64,000 nt of DNA from positions 3,808,001 to 3,872,000 of the forward strand of contig OY968796.1 in NCBI GenBank assembly GCA_963695545.1, in the 5' to 3' direction. This document shows positions 33,601 through 41,854 of the stretch, one piece after another; positions within the stretch are counted from its first letter, which is position 1; every line of letters starts with the position of its first letter. The notes under the pieces were generated by a model. That model was given only the letters and a program-made list of their open reading frames with translations. It was not told the DNA's origin and searched no databases. The stretch comes from Terriglobia bacterium (GTDB lineage Bacteria > Acidobacteriota > Terriglobia > Acidiferrales > UBA7541). The translations under genes were made by a program, and so were the position numbers.

Positions 33601-35029
33601 CTCGGAGGGCTATGCCGAGGTCCAAACTCCGGTGTACGGGCTCTTCAACAACACCACGCTGCAATCCGGGTATGTGATCCAACCGCTCACCGTTGGCGCC
33701 CACAGCATTCAAGCGAGCTACCTCGGAGCCCAATCATCTTTCAACGGCGCGGGAACTGCCGGCGACTCAAGCTACAACCAGAGCCAGACCTCGGCGGTTG
33801 CCGTCAACGTGACAAAGGGATCGACCGTGATCGCCGATGCGCCGGCCGCTCCCACGCCTCCATGCACCACCAGCGAGCCATCCACTTTCACGCTAGGTAG
33901 CAGCGTGACCATCGCCGCCCTCGTCGAGACGACCAGCTACGCCAACGTCCCCACCGGATCCGTAACGTTCGCTTCAACGCGCGGCGAGAACCTAAGTTTC
34001 GTTACCGCCACGCCGTTCTACGATCCGAACTACGGCTTTTCCGAGTTGTGCGCCAGCGTCACCTACACTCCCACAGGCACCGAGACGATCACCGCGAACT
34101 ATATTGGCGACACCAATTACCTCGCTCCCTCCGCGGCTGCCACCACGACAATCACCTCCGGCAGCGTCGCCTCCGCAACGAACTCCACCGTGACCGCGAG
34201 CCCGACATCGATCGCCGCGAACGGCACGACGACCTCGACCATCACCGTCACTCTCAAGGACGTGAACAGCAACCCGGTCAGCGGCAAGACCGTCACCTTG
34301 GCGGGAACCGGTAGCTCGTCCATCTCCGCTGCCAGCGGCACGTCCAGCTCCAGCGGCGTCGTCACATTCACCGTTAAGGATTCTCTCCCCGAAACGGACA
34401 CCTATACCGCCGCCGACACCACTGACGACATCACGCTCACGCACACCGCTTCGGTAACCTTCACCGCCACCTACGCGATCACTTCGGCGAACAGCACCTC
34501 TGGCACCGCCGTGCCGATCAGCACGCAAGGTGGCTCCGGCTCCGCAACGCTCGGGGTCACTCTCGCTGCGGGCACCACGTCGGTCACGCTTTCGTTCGTC
34601 CTGGATACGTCTCCGGCAAATGCGGTCGATTTGCCGACTTGCAGCCTCTCGCCGAATCCCGATACGACGGCGGGGACCAGCAACGTGATGATGATGTGTA
34701 ACACCACCGCGGCGCACGTTCCGCCGATGCCGGCGGTCGGTCCGAAAGTGCACGGCACACCTCTTGTGCCGGCCCTCGCAGCGCTCGCGGCTCTGCTGGC
34801 GATTCTGATTTTGCTCGCCTTGCCCGAGCGGCGTCGCGGCTACGCGCTTCTGGTTCTCTTGCTCGTCGTCGCGGTCGGAGCAGTCGTGGCCTGCGGCGGT
34901 GGTGGCAGCAGCGGCGGCGGAGGAGGCGGTGGCGGCGGAGCTACCGGAACCACAATCGGCCTCTACGAATACACCGTCAGCGGAGGCGCAGGCGGACAAC
35001 CAGTGATCGTCTGGTTCAACGTCGAATAA
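30656..35029 (+). CDS. S53 (sedolisin/kumamolisin) protease with pro-domain, Ig-like repeats and C-terminal membrane/lipobox module
   Basis: Pro-domain YHQWLTPTQFGQQFG; catalytic EADLD, SAGDSG and GGTSSSAP; GYDLATGLGS; Thr/Ser-rich Ig repeats including a Big_1-like ITVTLKDVNSNPVSG. Confidence 0.92.
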   Translation: MTPASRSTLRSRLLSVLGIASIAVLGAISAGAQAPAVQSRITQLIDENNLVTLHGNTHPLARAQYDQGAAPDNLPTDRILLMLQRSPAQETALQQLLEGQKSKSSPYYHQWLTPTQFGQQFGASDSDIQTITSWLEAHGFTVNSVSPGRTVIDFSGNAGLVRAAFHTEIHKYVVNGESHWANNADPQIPAALAPVIAGLVSLNNFKKKPMYKITAHPLSPATTNPITLETEAGQCTTSLGATVTCYAVAPADFATIYNSEPLWSAGIDGTGQTIAIVGETDINCQDIINFRSFYGLSTTFPDDCGPNSNVQIILDGPDPGYQEDETEADLDVEWSGAVAKGAHIDFVESESTETTQGIDLSAEYIVNNNLAPVMSESYGECEAFLLTAGNQFYNALWEQAAAQGITVITSAGDSGSAGCDDDNSVLFAQEGANVSGLNSTPYNVSAGGTDFNYVSNPATSYWNAGNSTISTGQTQESAKGYIPEIPWDDSCAASGVVTACSNQSIDQEAFVTGGLNIVAAGGGESNCVLSVVEGEIVNCDASTAFPNGGYPKPAWQSGSAVTGLASTDGVRDVPDISLYAAAESASNSFYPICESDLNTNNAECTSFSLFAGVGGTSSSAPAFAGIMAMINQYTSTTPAPLAAPVLRQGNANYELYALASKQVTAATSCTSDSNPNTADTSGCTFYDINSGSNSVPCEGDSFGCSNTSETSTNAGVVEQSVSLTNGAPDGTVAWVASAGYDLATGLGSVNVYNLVHNWPAVVGAFHSTSSTLKLCTGGTAVCQPGDSPTALSFVHGTTVTVDIGVSSGSGTPTGNAAIIGSPNPLSNTNGNFAMGTTAAVDIFHLTSTGALNIDAYPLTNGAATGTTVYLPGGSYAINTHYTGDGTFGASDSAAVTVNISAENSTATLAASEYNPVEQEFVALPASVPYGTAEIFRLDVFGTSGTSTTHPETATGAVLFTDEGTPISQTSVNGGANEAFTLNSEGYAEVQTPVYGLFNNTTLQSGYVIQPLTVGAHSIQASYLGAQSSFNGAGTAGDSSYNQSQTSAVAVNVTKGSTVIADAPAAPTPPCTTSEPSTFTLGSSVTIAALVETTSYANVPTGSVTFASTRGENLSFVTATPFYDPNYGFSELCASVTYTPTGTETITANYIGDTNYLAPSAAATTTITSGSVASATNSTVTASPTSIAANGTTTSTITVTLKDVNSNPVSGKTVTLAGTGSSSISAASGTSSSSGVVTFTVKDSLPETDTYTAADTTDDITLTHTASVTFTATYAITSANSTSGTAVPISTQGGSGSATLGVTLAAGTTSVTLSFVLDTSPANAVDLPTCSLSPNPDTTAGTSNVMMMCNTTAAHVPPMPAVGPKVHGTPLVPALAALAALLAILILLALPERRRGYALLVLLLVVAVGAVVACGGGGSSGGGGGGGGGATGTTIGLYEYTVSGGAGGQPVIVWFNVE

Positions 35030-35044
35030 CCGACTCAACAGCGG

Positions 35045-35087
35045 AAAAAGCCCGCGCGTCTAAGAAGCGCGCGGGCTTTTTCATTTT
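35045..35087 (+). terminator. Bidirectional Rho-independent terminator
   Basis: AAAAAGCCCGCGCG ... CGCGCGGGCTTTTT. Confidence 0.85.
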
Positions 35088-35313
35088 CAAACGATCGCTA
35101 GAATCGCAAAGCGTCAGTAATTCATTCTTCGGTCACTACAGGAATTACATACTTAACTCGCTAACAGGATTCTGACAGTTCGAAGGGCTGGGCCGCCGTT
35201 TGAAGGAAAAACATTTAGGCCGCTGGAAGGGCCCCACCTCGAGAATCTTGTAGGGAAAGGCTTTCCAATGTACAGTCTGTCTCCCCGCGAAGCCTGTTCT
35301 GCCGAGGTGTGCA

Positions 35314-35847
35314 ATGAAACTGAAATTCGCATTGGCATTTGCAGTTCTGTCGTTGAGTGTAAGTGTAGCGCGGGCCGATCAAGTCAGCGACGGCGGCTAT
35401 TCATTCATCATCCCCGACGGCAGTACAGTAACGGGCCTTACGCAGTCAGCGCCCATCGAAGATGTTGGCCCGGCCTACATTCTGAGTTATTCCTTCGCGG
35501 ACGGCACCGGCTCTACTTCCTTCAACTGGTACTTTGGAAGCTGGGGCGAAATCCTGTTCTCCACGCCGGTTTCCGATTTGTCGTTTGACTATGAAAATGG
35601 GGGCGGCTCCTTCATCGACGTCTCTGACAACGCGGGCGATGGCCTCTATTCCTTGGACGAGTCCGGCGCCGACACTTTCGAAGGAACGGGCATCACAGAG
35701 CTCCAATGGTCCGGCCCGCTAGACGGCGGAATCACCGCGATATGCTACACGACACCCGAGCCGAGCTCTCTTCTTCTGCTGGCTTTAGGACTTATCGGGC
35801 TGGGCGGCCTTGTCCGTCGCCTGTCTCGCAGGGAGTCATCCATATAA
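35314..35847 (+). CDS. PEP-CTERM sorting domain protein
   Basis: GAGGTG SD; signal peptide ending ARAD; C-terminus TPEPSSLLLLALGLIGLGGLVRRLSRR. Confidence 0.9.
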   Translation: MKLKFALAFAVLSLSVSVARADQVSDGGYSFIIPDGSTVTGLTQSAPIEDVGPAYILSYSFADGTGSTSFNWYFGSWGEILFSTPVSDLSFDYENGGGSFIDVSDNAGDGLYSLDESGADTFEGTGITELQWSGPLDGGITAICYTTPEPSSLLLLALGLIGLGGLVRRLSRRESSI

Positions 35848-35914
35848 TTCCCATTGGTGCCTCTAGACAGAACAGCGAGTTTGCGCTATGCTTATGTATG
35901 TCAGCCGACAAAAT

Positions 35915-36211
35915 TTCGAATACTTCTCGGACGTCGCCGCGCCGTTCCTTTCCCAACGTAAATCGCCTCCCGCCCCACCATCCGGATTTTGCCCCTCTGA
36001 ACGACGAAATCATCAAGCCCTTTAGAATCAGCACTTCCAAGCATTTGCCGATATTCTGCATCTCGTTCATTCACAGTGGTTTGAACTCTACTAGAATCAA
36101 CACTTCTGAGAATAAGGACTTAAAGTCAATTAGAATCAACACTTCTGGGTATAAGGACTTAAAGTCGTTTAGAATCAGCACTTCCAAAAAACAGGGGGGG
36201 GGGAGGGGGGG
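35915..36211 (+). repeat. Dispersed non-coding element, copy A, with 39-bp tandem units
   Basis: TAGAATCA(A/G)CACTTC at 36023, 36092, 36131 and 36170; terminal AAAAAACA-polyG; TTCGAATACTTCT shared with copy B. Confidence 0.75.
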
Positions 36212-36257
36212 TGCTCCTAAACGTATGACAGCAAAGCCAGATAAGACGCGGGCATTC

Positions 36258-37286
36258 TCAAGTTCGCCAGTCCAGCACCACTTTCCCCGATTGCCCCGAG
36301 CGCAGCGCTGCGAAACCTTTCTCGTACTCCTGCCAAGGAAATCGGTGCGTGATCACCGGCGCGATATTCAATCCCGATTCGAGCATCACCGTCATCTTGT
36401 ACCAGGTCTCGTACATTTCGCGTCCGTAGATTCCCTTGATCGTGATCATATTGAAGATCACCTTCGTCCAATCAATGGCCATCTCGCCGGACGGAATTCC
36501 CAGCATCGCGATTTTTCCGCCGTGCGCCATGTTCGCCAGCATTTCGCGAAACGCCGCGGCATTTCCCGACATCTCGAGGCCGACGTCGAATCCTTCCACC
36601 ATGCCCAATCGTTTCTGCACCGCGCCCAGCGATTCCGCGCGCGCGTCGACCGCCGCGGTCACGCCGAATTTCCGCGCGAGTTCGAGTCGCGCCGGATTCA
36701 CGTCCGTCACGACCACGTAGCGCGCACCCGCGTGCCGCACCACCGCCGCGGCCATGATTCCAATCGGCCCCGCGCCGGTGATCAACACATCCTCGCCAAG
36801 CACCGGAAACGAAAGCGCCGTATGCACCGCATTGCCCAGCGGATCGAAAATCGCCGCAATTTCCAGCGGCACTTTCGCGCTGTGGCGCCACACGTTGCTC
36901 ATCGGCACCACCACGTACTCCGCGAACGCGCCCGCGCGCTGCACGCCCACGCCCTGCGCGTGCGCGCACAAGTGCCGCCGCCCCGCCAAACAATTCCGGC
37001 ACAGCCCGCACACCACGTGCCCTTCGCCGCTCACGATTTCGCCCGGTTTGAAATCGGCAACGTTCGATCCCGCTTCCACGATTTCGCCCACGAATTCATG
37101 ACCGATCACCAGCGGCACGCGGATCGTGGCCTTGGCCCAATCGTTCCATTCGTAAATGTGCAAATCGGTGCCGCAAATCCCCGTCATCATCACGCGAATC
37201 AATACGTCGTTGATTCCCGGCCGCGGCACCGGCACGTCTTCCAGCCACAGCCCCGGCTCCGCGCGGCTTTTCACCAGCGCTTTCAA
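36258..37286 (-). CDS. tdh: L-threonine 3-dehydrogenase
   Basis: [47 protein letters not shown]. Confidence 0.97.
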   Translation of the reverse strand: MKALVKSRAEPGLWLEDVPVPRPGINDVLIRVMMTGICGTDLHIYEWNDWAKATIRVPLVIGHEFVGEIVEAGSNVADFKPGEIVSGEGHVVCGLCRNCLAGRRHLCAHAQGVGVQRAGAFAEYVVVPMSNVWRHSAKVPLEIAAIFDPLGNAVHTALSFPVLGEDVLITGAGPIGIMAAAVVRHAGARYVVVTDVNPARLELARKFGVTAAVDARAESLGAVQKRLGMVEGFDVGLEMSGNAAAFREMLANMAHGGKIAMLGIPSGEMAIDWTKVIFNMITIKGIYGREMYETWYKMTVMLESGLNIAPVITHRFPWQEYEKGFAALRSGQSGKVVLDWRT

Positions 37287-37405
37287 TTTTCGCCCCGCTG
37301 CATTAAAGTCTCCCTCGCCATTTCCGATTCAAGAGTAACAAGACATTGCGCCGAAGCACGCTTTCTTTTAGGATGCGCACATCTCGCTTGCCAAGGGGTG
37401 ATGCA

Positions 37406-37978
37406 ATGCCGATTCCTGCTCCGCTCTCGCGCGTTCCCGCGCGGAAAAAACGCGCGCCCATCGCCGCGCTCGTCGCAATGCTCTCCGCCGCTCTCGCCGT
37501 AGTGCTTCTCGCTGCCTCACCCGCGCGCGCGCAATTGCAACCCATGGGCGGGAGCGCGCAGGGCACGCCCGCGAAATCGTCTACATCCGCGCCCGCCGCG
37601 GCGCACAGCACGTCCAACTACGGCTCGGGAAGCGTTCGCGTTTTCATGAGCAACAGCGCCTCGTGGAAAAAAATTGGCGGATGGGGCCTCGCCGGCCAGT
37701 CAGAATCTGGCCGAGGCGATGCAGCCGACGCCGACGGCGTGAAAGCATTTGAAAAACATTGCTCACAATATCCGCTCACCAATGACAGAAACGCGGCCAG
37801 CTACGTGATCCTGCTCGATCAGCTGAACGAAAAAGCCCCGAAAAAAGGCCGCGACAAAATCACCGTCTACAATCGCGCCGGCATCGCGGTGTACGGCAAT
37901 TCGACGCGCCTGCTCGACGATTCGATCAAAGACGCCTGCCGCGCCATCGGCGGCGATCACAGCAAACATCACAAGTAG
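37406..37978 (+). CDS. Hypothetical secreted protein
   Basis: Signal peptide ending ARA-Q; Cys pair (KHC, DAC). Confidence 0.65.
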   Translation: MPIPAPLSRVPARKKRAPIAALVAMLSAALAVVLLAASPARAQLQPMGGSAQGTPAKSSTSAPAAAHSTSNYGSGSVRVFMSNSASWKKIGGWGLAGQSESGRGDAADADGVKAFEKHCSQYPLTNDRNAASYVILLDQLNEKAPKKGRDKITVYNRAGIAVYGNSTRLLDDSIKDACRAIGGDHSKHHK

Positions 37979-38189
37979 TCCGCGCGCGTTTCCGATTGGG
38001 CGCCGCACAGCGCTCGCTTAATCGCGTCACGCTCTCTCGTGCCGCAAGGCGCGAATCGCGCGCCGCTGTTCACACAGTAAGAATATTTGCCATGTGTAAA
38101 CTCATGTGGTATAAATCCGGCATTGGCGTCCTCCGGTTGTTACGTGTGTACCCGCGCGCTTCGCGGGCCACGCGAAGGAGGAACCAACC

Positions 38190-38912
38190 ATGCGAGTGTG
38201 TTTGATCTCTCTCGTAGTCCTGCTGGCTGCAGTTCCCTTCTCCTGCTACGCGGTCCCGCAAGCGACGCATCCCAGATTCGTCTTAGAAGACGGCACCCCG
38301 GTCAAGCTCGTGCTCGCCGAAACGATTTCTTCATCGAGCGAGCACAAGGGCAATCTGGTGCTCTTCTCCGTCGCCGAGGACGTGAGTCTCGGCGATGTGG
38401 TCGTGATTCCGAAAGGCGCCTACGCCTGGGGCACGATCATAGCCGTGAAAACCAAAAGAAAAATGGGACGCGGCGGCAGGCTCGAAGTCGCAATCGATAA
38501 AGTTCGCCTCGCCGACGGCGAGAAAGCGCCGCTCACCGAAACCGAAGGCGGCGATGGCGATAGCCACGAAACACAAATGGCCACCGGTATCGCCGTCACC
38601 GGTGCGCTCGCGTGGCCCGCCGCTCCGCTTTTTCTCTTGATGCATGGAAAGGACATCACCATGCGAAAGGGAGCGGAGACCATGGCATTTGTCGCCGGTG
38701 ACGATCCTCTTGAACCCGCGAAGTTCACGCCCGAGGCGCTCGCCGCAGCGAACAATCTCGCTCCGCCGCCGGCGTCCGTCGCCCCGACGTCGAGCACGAG
38801 CTCCGCTCTCGGCTCCGCGCCAAACACCGCGCCAACTGGGCCAGAGGACGCGGGACCAGTGCCAGCTCCGAACGCATCGCCAAACGATCCGGGCGGGCAG
38901 CCGCGGCAGTGA
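38190..38912 (+). CDS. Hypothetical secreted beta-rich protein (VirB10/TrbI-like fold possible)
   Basis: AGGAGG SD; signal peptide; GTPVKLVLAETISS, VVIPKGA..GTI, GRGGRLE; Pro-rich tail. Confidence 0.75.
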   Translation: MRVCLISLVVLLAAVPFSCYAVPQATHPRFVLEDGTPVKLVLAETISSSSEHKGNLVLFSVAEDVSLGDVVVIPKGAYAWGTIIAVKTKRKMGRGGRLEVAIDKVRLADGEKAPLTETEGGDGDSHETQMATGIAVTGALAWPAAPLFLLMHGKDITMRKGAETMAFVAGDDPLEPAKFTPEALAAANNLAPPPASVAPTSSTSSALGSAPNTAPTGPEDAGPVPAPNASPNDPGGQPRQ

Positions 38913-38971
38913 GCAGAAAATCAATCGCGATTGAAGCGCGCGACGGAGAAAAATCTAGAAGAGAAAAACGA

Positions 38972-39047
38972 TGGAGCCGAGGGGCGGACTTGAACCGCCG
39001 ACCTGCCGATTACGAATCGGCTGCTCTACCAACTGAGCTACCTCGGC
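38972..39047 (-). tRNA. tRNA-Thr (anticodon CGT)
   Basis: GCCGAGGTAGCTCAGTTGGTAGAGCAGCCGATTCGTAATCGGCAGGTCGGCGGTTCAAGTCCGCCCCTCGGCTCCA: 76-nt cloverleaf with encoded CCA. Confidence 0.98.
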
Positions 39048-39189
39048 TCGAGGTGAATCGCGCGCTGGGGGCCGCTGTTGCTGGCTGGCGCGAAATCGAA
39101 TTTAGCATCCCGGCCCGAGGCCGTCAAAGCGAGTGGCGCAGTCGAGTTCCGTTCACAAATCCTTCGCGGCTGGCCGCCGCGAATTTCTT

Positions 39190-39363
39190 TCAATGCGAAA
39201 ACGGGAGCATCAGCCAGCCGATTCCGATGGCGACCAACAGGAATGCGAGGAACGCCCAAACGGTGTAGCGAACGCGTTCGCCGATGCGGCGCTTCGAGAG
39301 AAACGCGAACGCAACCGACACGCAGAACGCGAAGATCAGCATAGCTTGAAAATGATTCAGCAT
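39190..39363 (-). CDS. Small two-TM membrane protein, 57 aa (absent from the ORF track)
   Basis: MLNHFQAMLIFAFCVSVAFAFLSKRRIGERVRYTVWAFLAFLLVAIGIGWLMLPFSH; co-oriented between the DUF6677-like gene and the tRNA. Confidence 0.75.
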   Translation of the reverse strand: MLNHFQAMLIFAFCVSVAFAFLSKRRIGERVRYTVWAFLAFLLVAIGIGWLMLPFSH

Positions 39364-39391
39364 CGTTCTTTCGTCCGCCTCAGAATAAAAA

Positions 39392-39823
39392 TCAGACGCG
39401 ATTGCGCCGGCCGATTTCGTACGCTTCCAGAATAATCAGAAAATTCAGCACGCCGGCCGCGGCGAACATGCGCGTGCCGTAATCGCCGGCGGCTTTTGAA
39501 TCGTCCGGTCCTTGAGGCTGGAAGGTCTTCGAGAAAAAGTAGTAGCCGCCGGTGCCGAGATCGGCGACGAAGCCCAAGCGATCGAATGCGTCCTGGCTTG
39601 ACGGAGGGAGAACGTCGCCGCGCATGGTGAGACCCGCGACGGCAAGCACGCCGACCGCGAGAAAGTATGCGAGCGCCTTGGGCCAGCGGCGAAGCATGGC
39701 GTGGCCGAGCCCCGGCACAAGCCAGGCGCAAAGCGCAGCCGCGATTCCGCGCACGACGCTCGGAGGAGCTTCGTCGATGTTCTCGCCGGCCTTCGCTGCT
39801 TTGGTTTCCGCCACTTTATTCAC
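39392..39823 (-). CDS. DUF6677-like membrane protein
   Basis: AWLVPGLGH, DYGT...AAGVLNFLIILEAYEI. Confidence 0.8.
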   Translation of the reverse strand: MNKVAETKAAKAGENIDEAPPSVVRGIAAALCAWLVPGLGHAMLRRWPKALAYFLAVGVLAVAGLTMRGDVLPPSSQDAFDRLGFVADLGTGGYYFFSKTFQPQGPDDSKAAGDYGTRMFAAAGVLNFLIILEAYEIGRRNRV

Positions 39824-39871
39824 GCTTCCGTTTCACGCTGCGGTTCTTCGCGAAAAATCTGACCTCGCACT

Positions 39872-41047
39872 CTATCCTACCAAAGCCAAAATCTCGGTTT
39901 GAATCGGGCCGGTGACGCGCGCTTCGTGATCGTCCACGAAAACGTTGACCTCGCTTCGGATTCCGAACTCGGGAAGATAGATGCCCGGCTCGATCGAAAA
40001 GCAAGTATGAGGCAGAACGAGCCGAATGTCGCGCGTTTCGAGGCTGTCCATATTCGCGCCGTTGCCGTGCACGGATTCGCCGATGCTGTGGCCGGTGCGA
40101 TGAACGAAATATTTGGCGTAGCCCGCTTTGCGAATCACTTCGCGCGTGACGCGATCCACTTGCCAGCCTTGAATTGTGCGGCCGGCCTTCACCGATTGCT
40201 GCACGAAGGCGACGGCAGCATCGCGCGCGGCGCTCACGATGGAAAATATCTTCGCGTATTTTTCAGGAACCGCCGGGCCGAGGAATCCGACCCAGGTGAT
40301 GTCGTAATACACGCTGCCGGGCGCTTGCATCTTGCCCCAGATATCGAGCAGCAGCAAATCGCCCGCGCGAATCGGCGAGGATGATGCGGCGGTCGGCTCA
40401 TAATGCGGATCGCCGGAATGCGGGCCGACGCCGACGATGGGCGGCTCTTCGGTGACGACGCCATTGGCGCGAAAATGTTCGAGAATCCATTGCTGCAAAT
40501 CGTATTCGGAAATTGTACGGCCGGCGCGGACCATGCCCGCCGCGAGGGCGAAGGCTCCCTGCGTGACGCGATCGACGACGCGGCCCGCGGCCTCGTGCGA
40601 GCGGAATTGCTCGGCGGTCCAGGTGGCCTCGAAGCGCTGCACGAGATCGGCGGAGCTTGCGATTTTCGCGCCGGCGCGGCGCACCATTTCGATTGTGCCG
40701 GCGTCAACCATCGAAACGTAAGGGATGGCGTTGCGCGGCGAATATTGCATGGCGACATGGCGCGAACGTCCGATCAGGCGGCGCAGATTCGATTCAAGTT
40801 CGATCAAGCTCGCGTATTCGAGTTTCGTGCCGGGCAGCGAATCGAGAGCGCGCGATTCGATCTTGTGTACTAATTTGCGCGGAGTGCCGCGCGCGGGAAT
40901 CAGATAGAACCAGCGTCGCGTGGCCATTCCGCCGTTTAGTCCAAGCACGTGCGCGGCGATCGGATCGCGATGATGAAAATCGTAGAAGAGCCAGCCGTCA
41001 AGCGATTGCGCGCGCAACGCTGCTTGAATCGCCGGAATATCGGGCAT
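39872..41047 (-). CDS. M24 family metallopeptidase (Xaa-Pro aminopeptidase-like)
   Basis: DGWLFYDF, PHY, LLLD, YYDITW, HRTGHSIG, FSIEPGIY, GIRSE. Confidence 0.92.
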   Translation of the reverse strand: MPDIPAIQAALRAQSLDGWLFYDFHHRDPIAAHVLGLNGGMATRRWFYLIPARGTPRKLVHKIESRALDSLPGTKLEYASLIELESNLRRLIGRSRHVAMQYSPRNAIPYVSMVDAGTIEMVRRAGAKIASSADLVQRFEATWTAEQFRSHEAAGRVVDRVTQGAFALAAGMVRAGRTISEYDLQQWILEHFRANGVVTEEPPIVGVGPHSGDPHYEPTAASSSPIRAGDLLLLDIWGKMQAPGSVYYDITWVGFLGPAVPEKYAKIFSIVSAARDAAVAFVQQSVKAGRTIQGWQVDRVTREVIRKAGYAKYFVHRTGHSIGESVHGNGANMDSLETRDIRLVLPHTCFSIEPGIYLPEFGIRSEVNVFVDDHEARVTGPIQTEILALVG

Positions 41048-41239
41048 GATCGGCGGAACTACAGACACGGTAGATCCCGCTCCCCCTGTGGCACAAACGC
41101 GGTCGATTCTAACAGCGGCTGAGGGCGCTTTCAAATTTGCGTGCGGCAAAGGGTGGAGGACGCTATTCATGGCGCGGCGCCCTCCCGTTGGTTTCGATTC
41201 TGCTTCGGAGCGCGCTGCCGGAGGAGCTATCTGGCGCGC

Positions 41240-41651
41240 CTACCCCCCTACACCCCCGGGTATGTTTTGCGTAGGAGCGGCAAATACGGGATTTACAGGA
41301 AAAGAGTGACAAAGAGTGCGCAATTAATTGAGAACAATGGATTTGCGAGTGTTTATTTTCAACGAGTTGCGCACTCTTTTGCAATCGGCTGAAAATAAAT
41401 GGTTTGGAGGGACACGATTTTACAACAGATCGCGAGTCGATTGAAATGTATCGATGATATTTGGTAGGTGCGAGTGCACAAAAGGTGACAGGCCTGCCTA
41501 CCGGCGGGCAGGCTCCGACCCTACGTGCGGAAAATTTGTCACGGTTAGTGCGCGGCGAGGGTGTGCGTTTGCAGAACACACCGCATGTTAGCATGGCGGG
41601 CAACAGCGTGTCAATATTATCTTTGAGTTATTCGAATAGAAGTATTCGAAT
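41240..41651 (-). repeat. Dispersed non-coding element, copy B
   Basis: Shares TACACCCC(C)GGGT, GCGGCAAA, AACGAGTTGCGCACTCTTTTGCAA and GTCAATA..TGAGT..ATTCGAATG with 60870-61192. Internal inverted repeat AAAGAGTGCGCAA / TTGCGCACTCTTT. Confidence 0.8.
41585..41614 (-). promoter_or_regulatory. Sigma70-like promoter pointing into element B
   Basis: On the minus strand, TTGACA-N18-TAACAT with TG before the -10. Confidence 0.5.
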
Positions 41652-41854
41652 GCGTGGCTGGAATCGTCGGGTTGTTGCCGGCGGGGTTGCGCAGCGCGCC
41701 TCCGTCCGCGCGACCGGACGCAGGCCCGAGCCTCACCGGTCGGTGCTGTGCCGCGCCTGGATCGGCGCGCCGACCGTGCTACTATCGAGTATAGCGATGA
41801 TGTCTTAAGTGACCGGTAAATTCGACGCGGACGAGCCGCGCGCCAGAGCCGGAA

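Noticed and set aside
36021..36190. CRISPR array
   Set aside because: The repeats are only about 15 nt, the intervening sequences are near-identical rather than unique spacers, spacing is irregular, and no cas genes are present.
35706..37502. 598-aa ORF containing RINTS/RISTS repeats
   Set aside because: It is a translation of non-coding element A joined to the antisense strand of tdh.
38972..39047. tRNA-anchored genomic island or prophage
   Set aside because: No integrase and no duplicated tRNA 3' end were found in the window.
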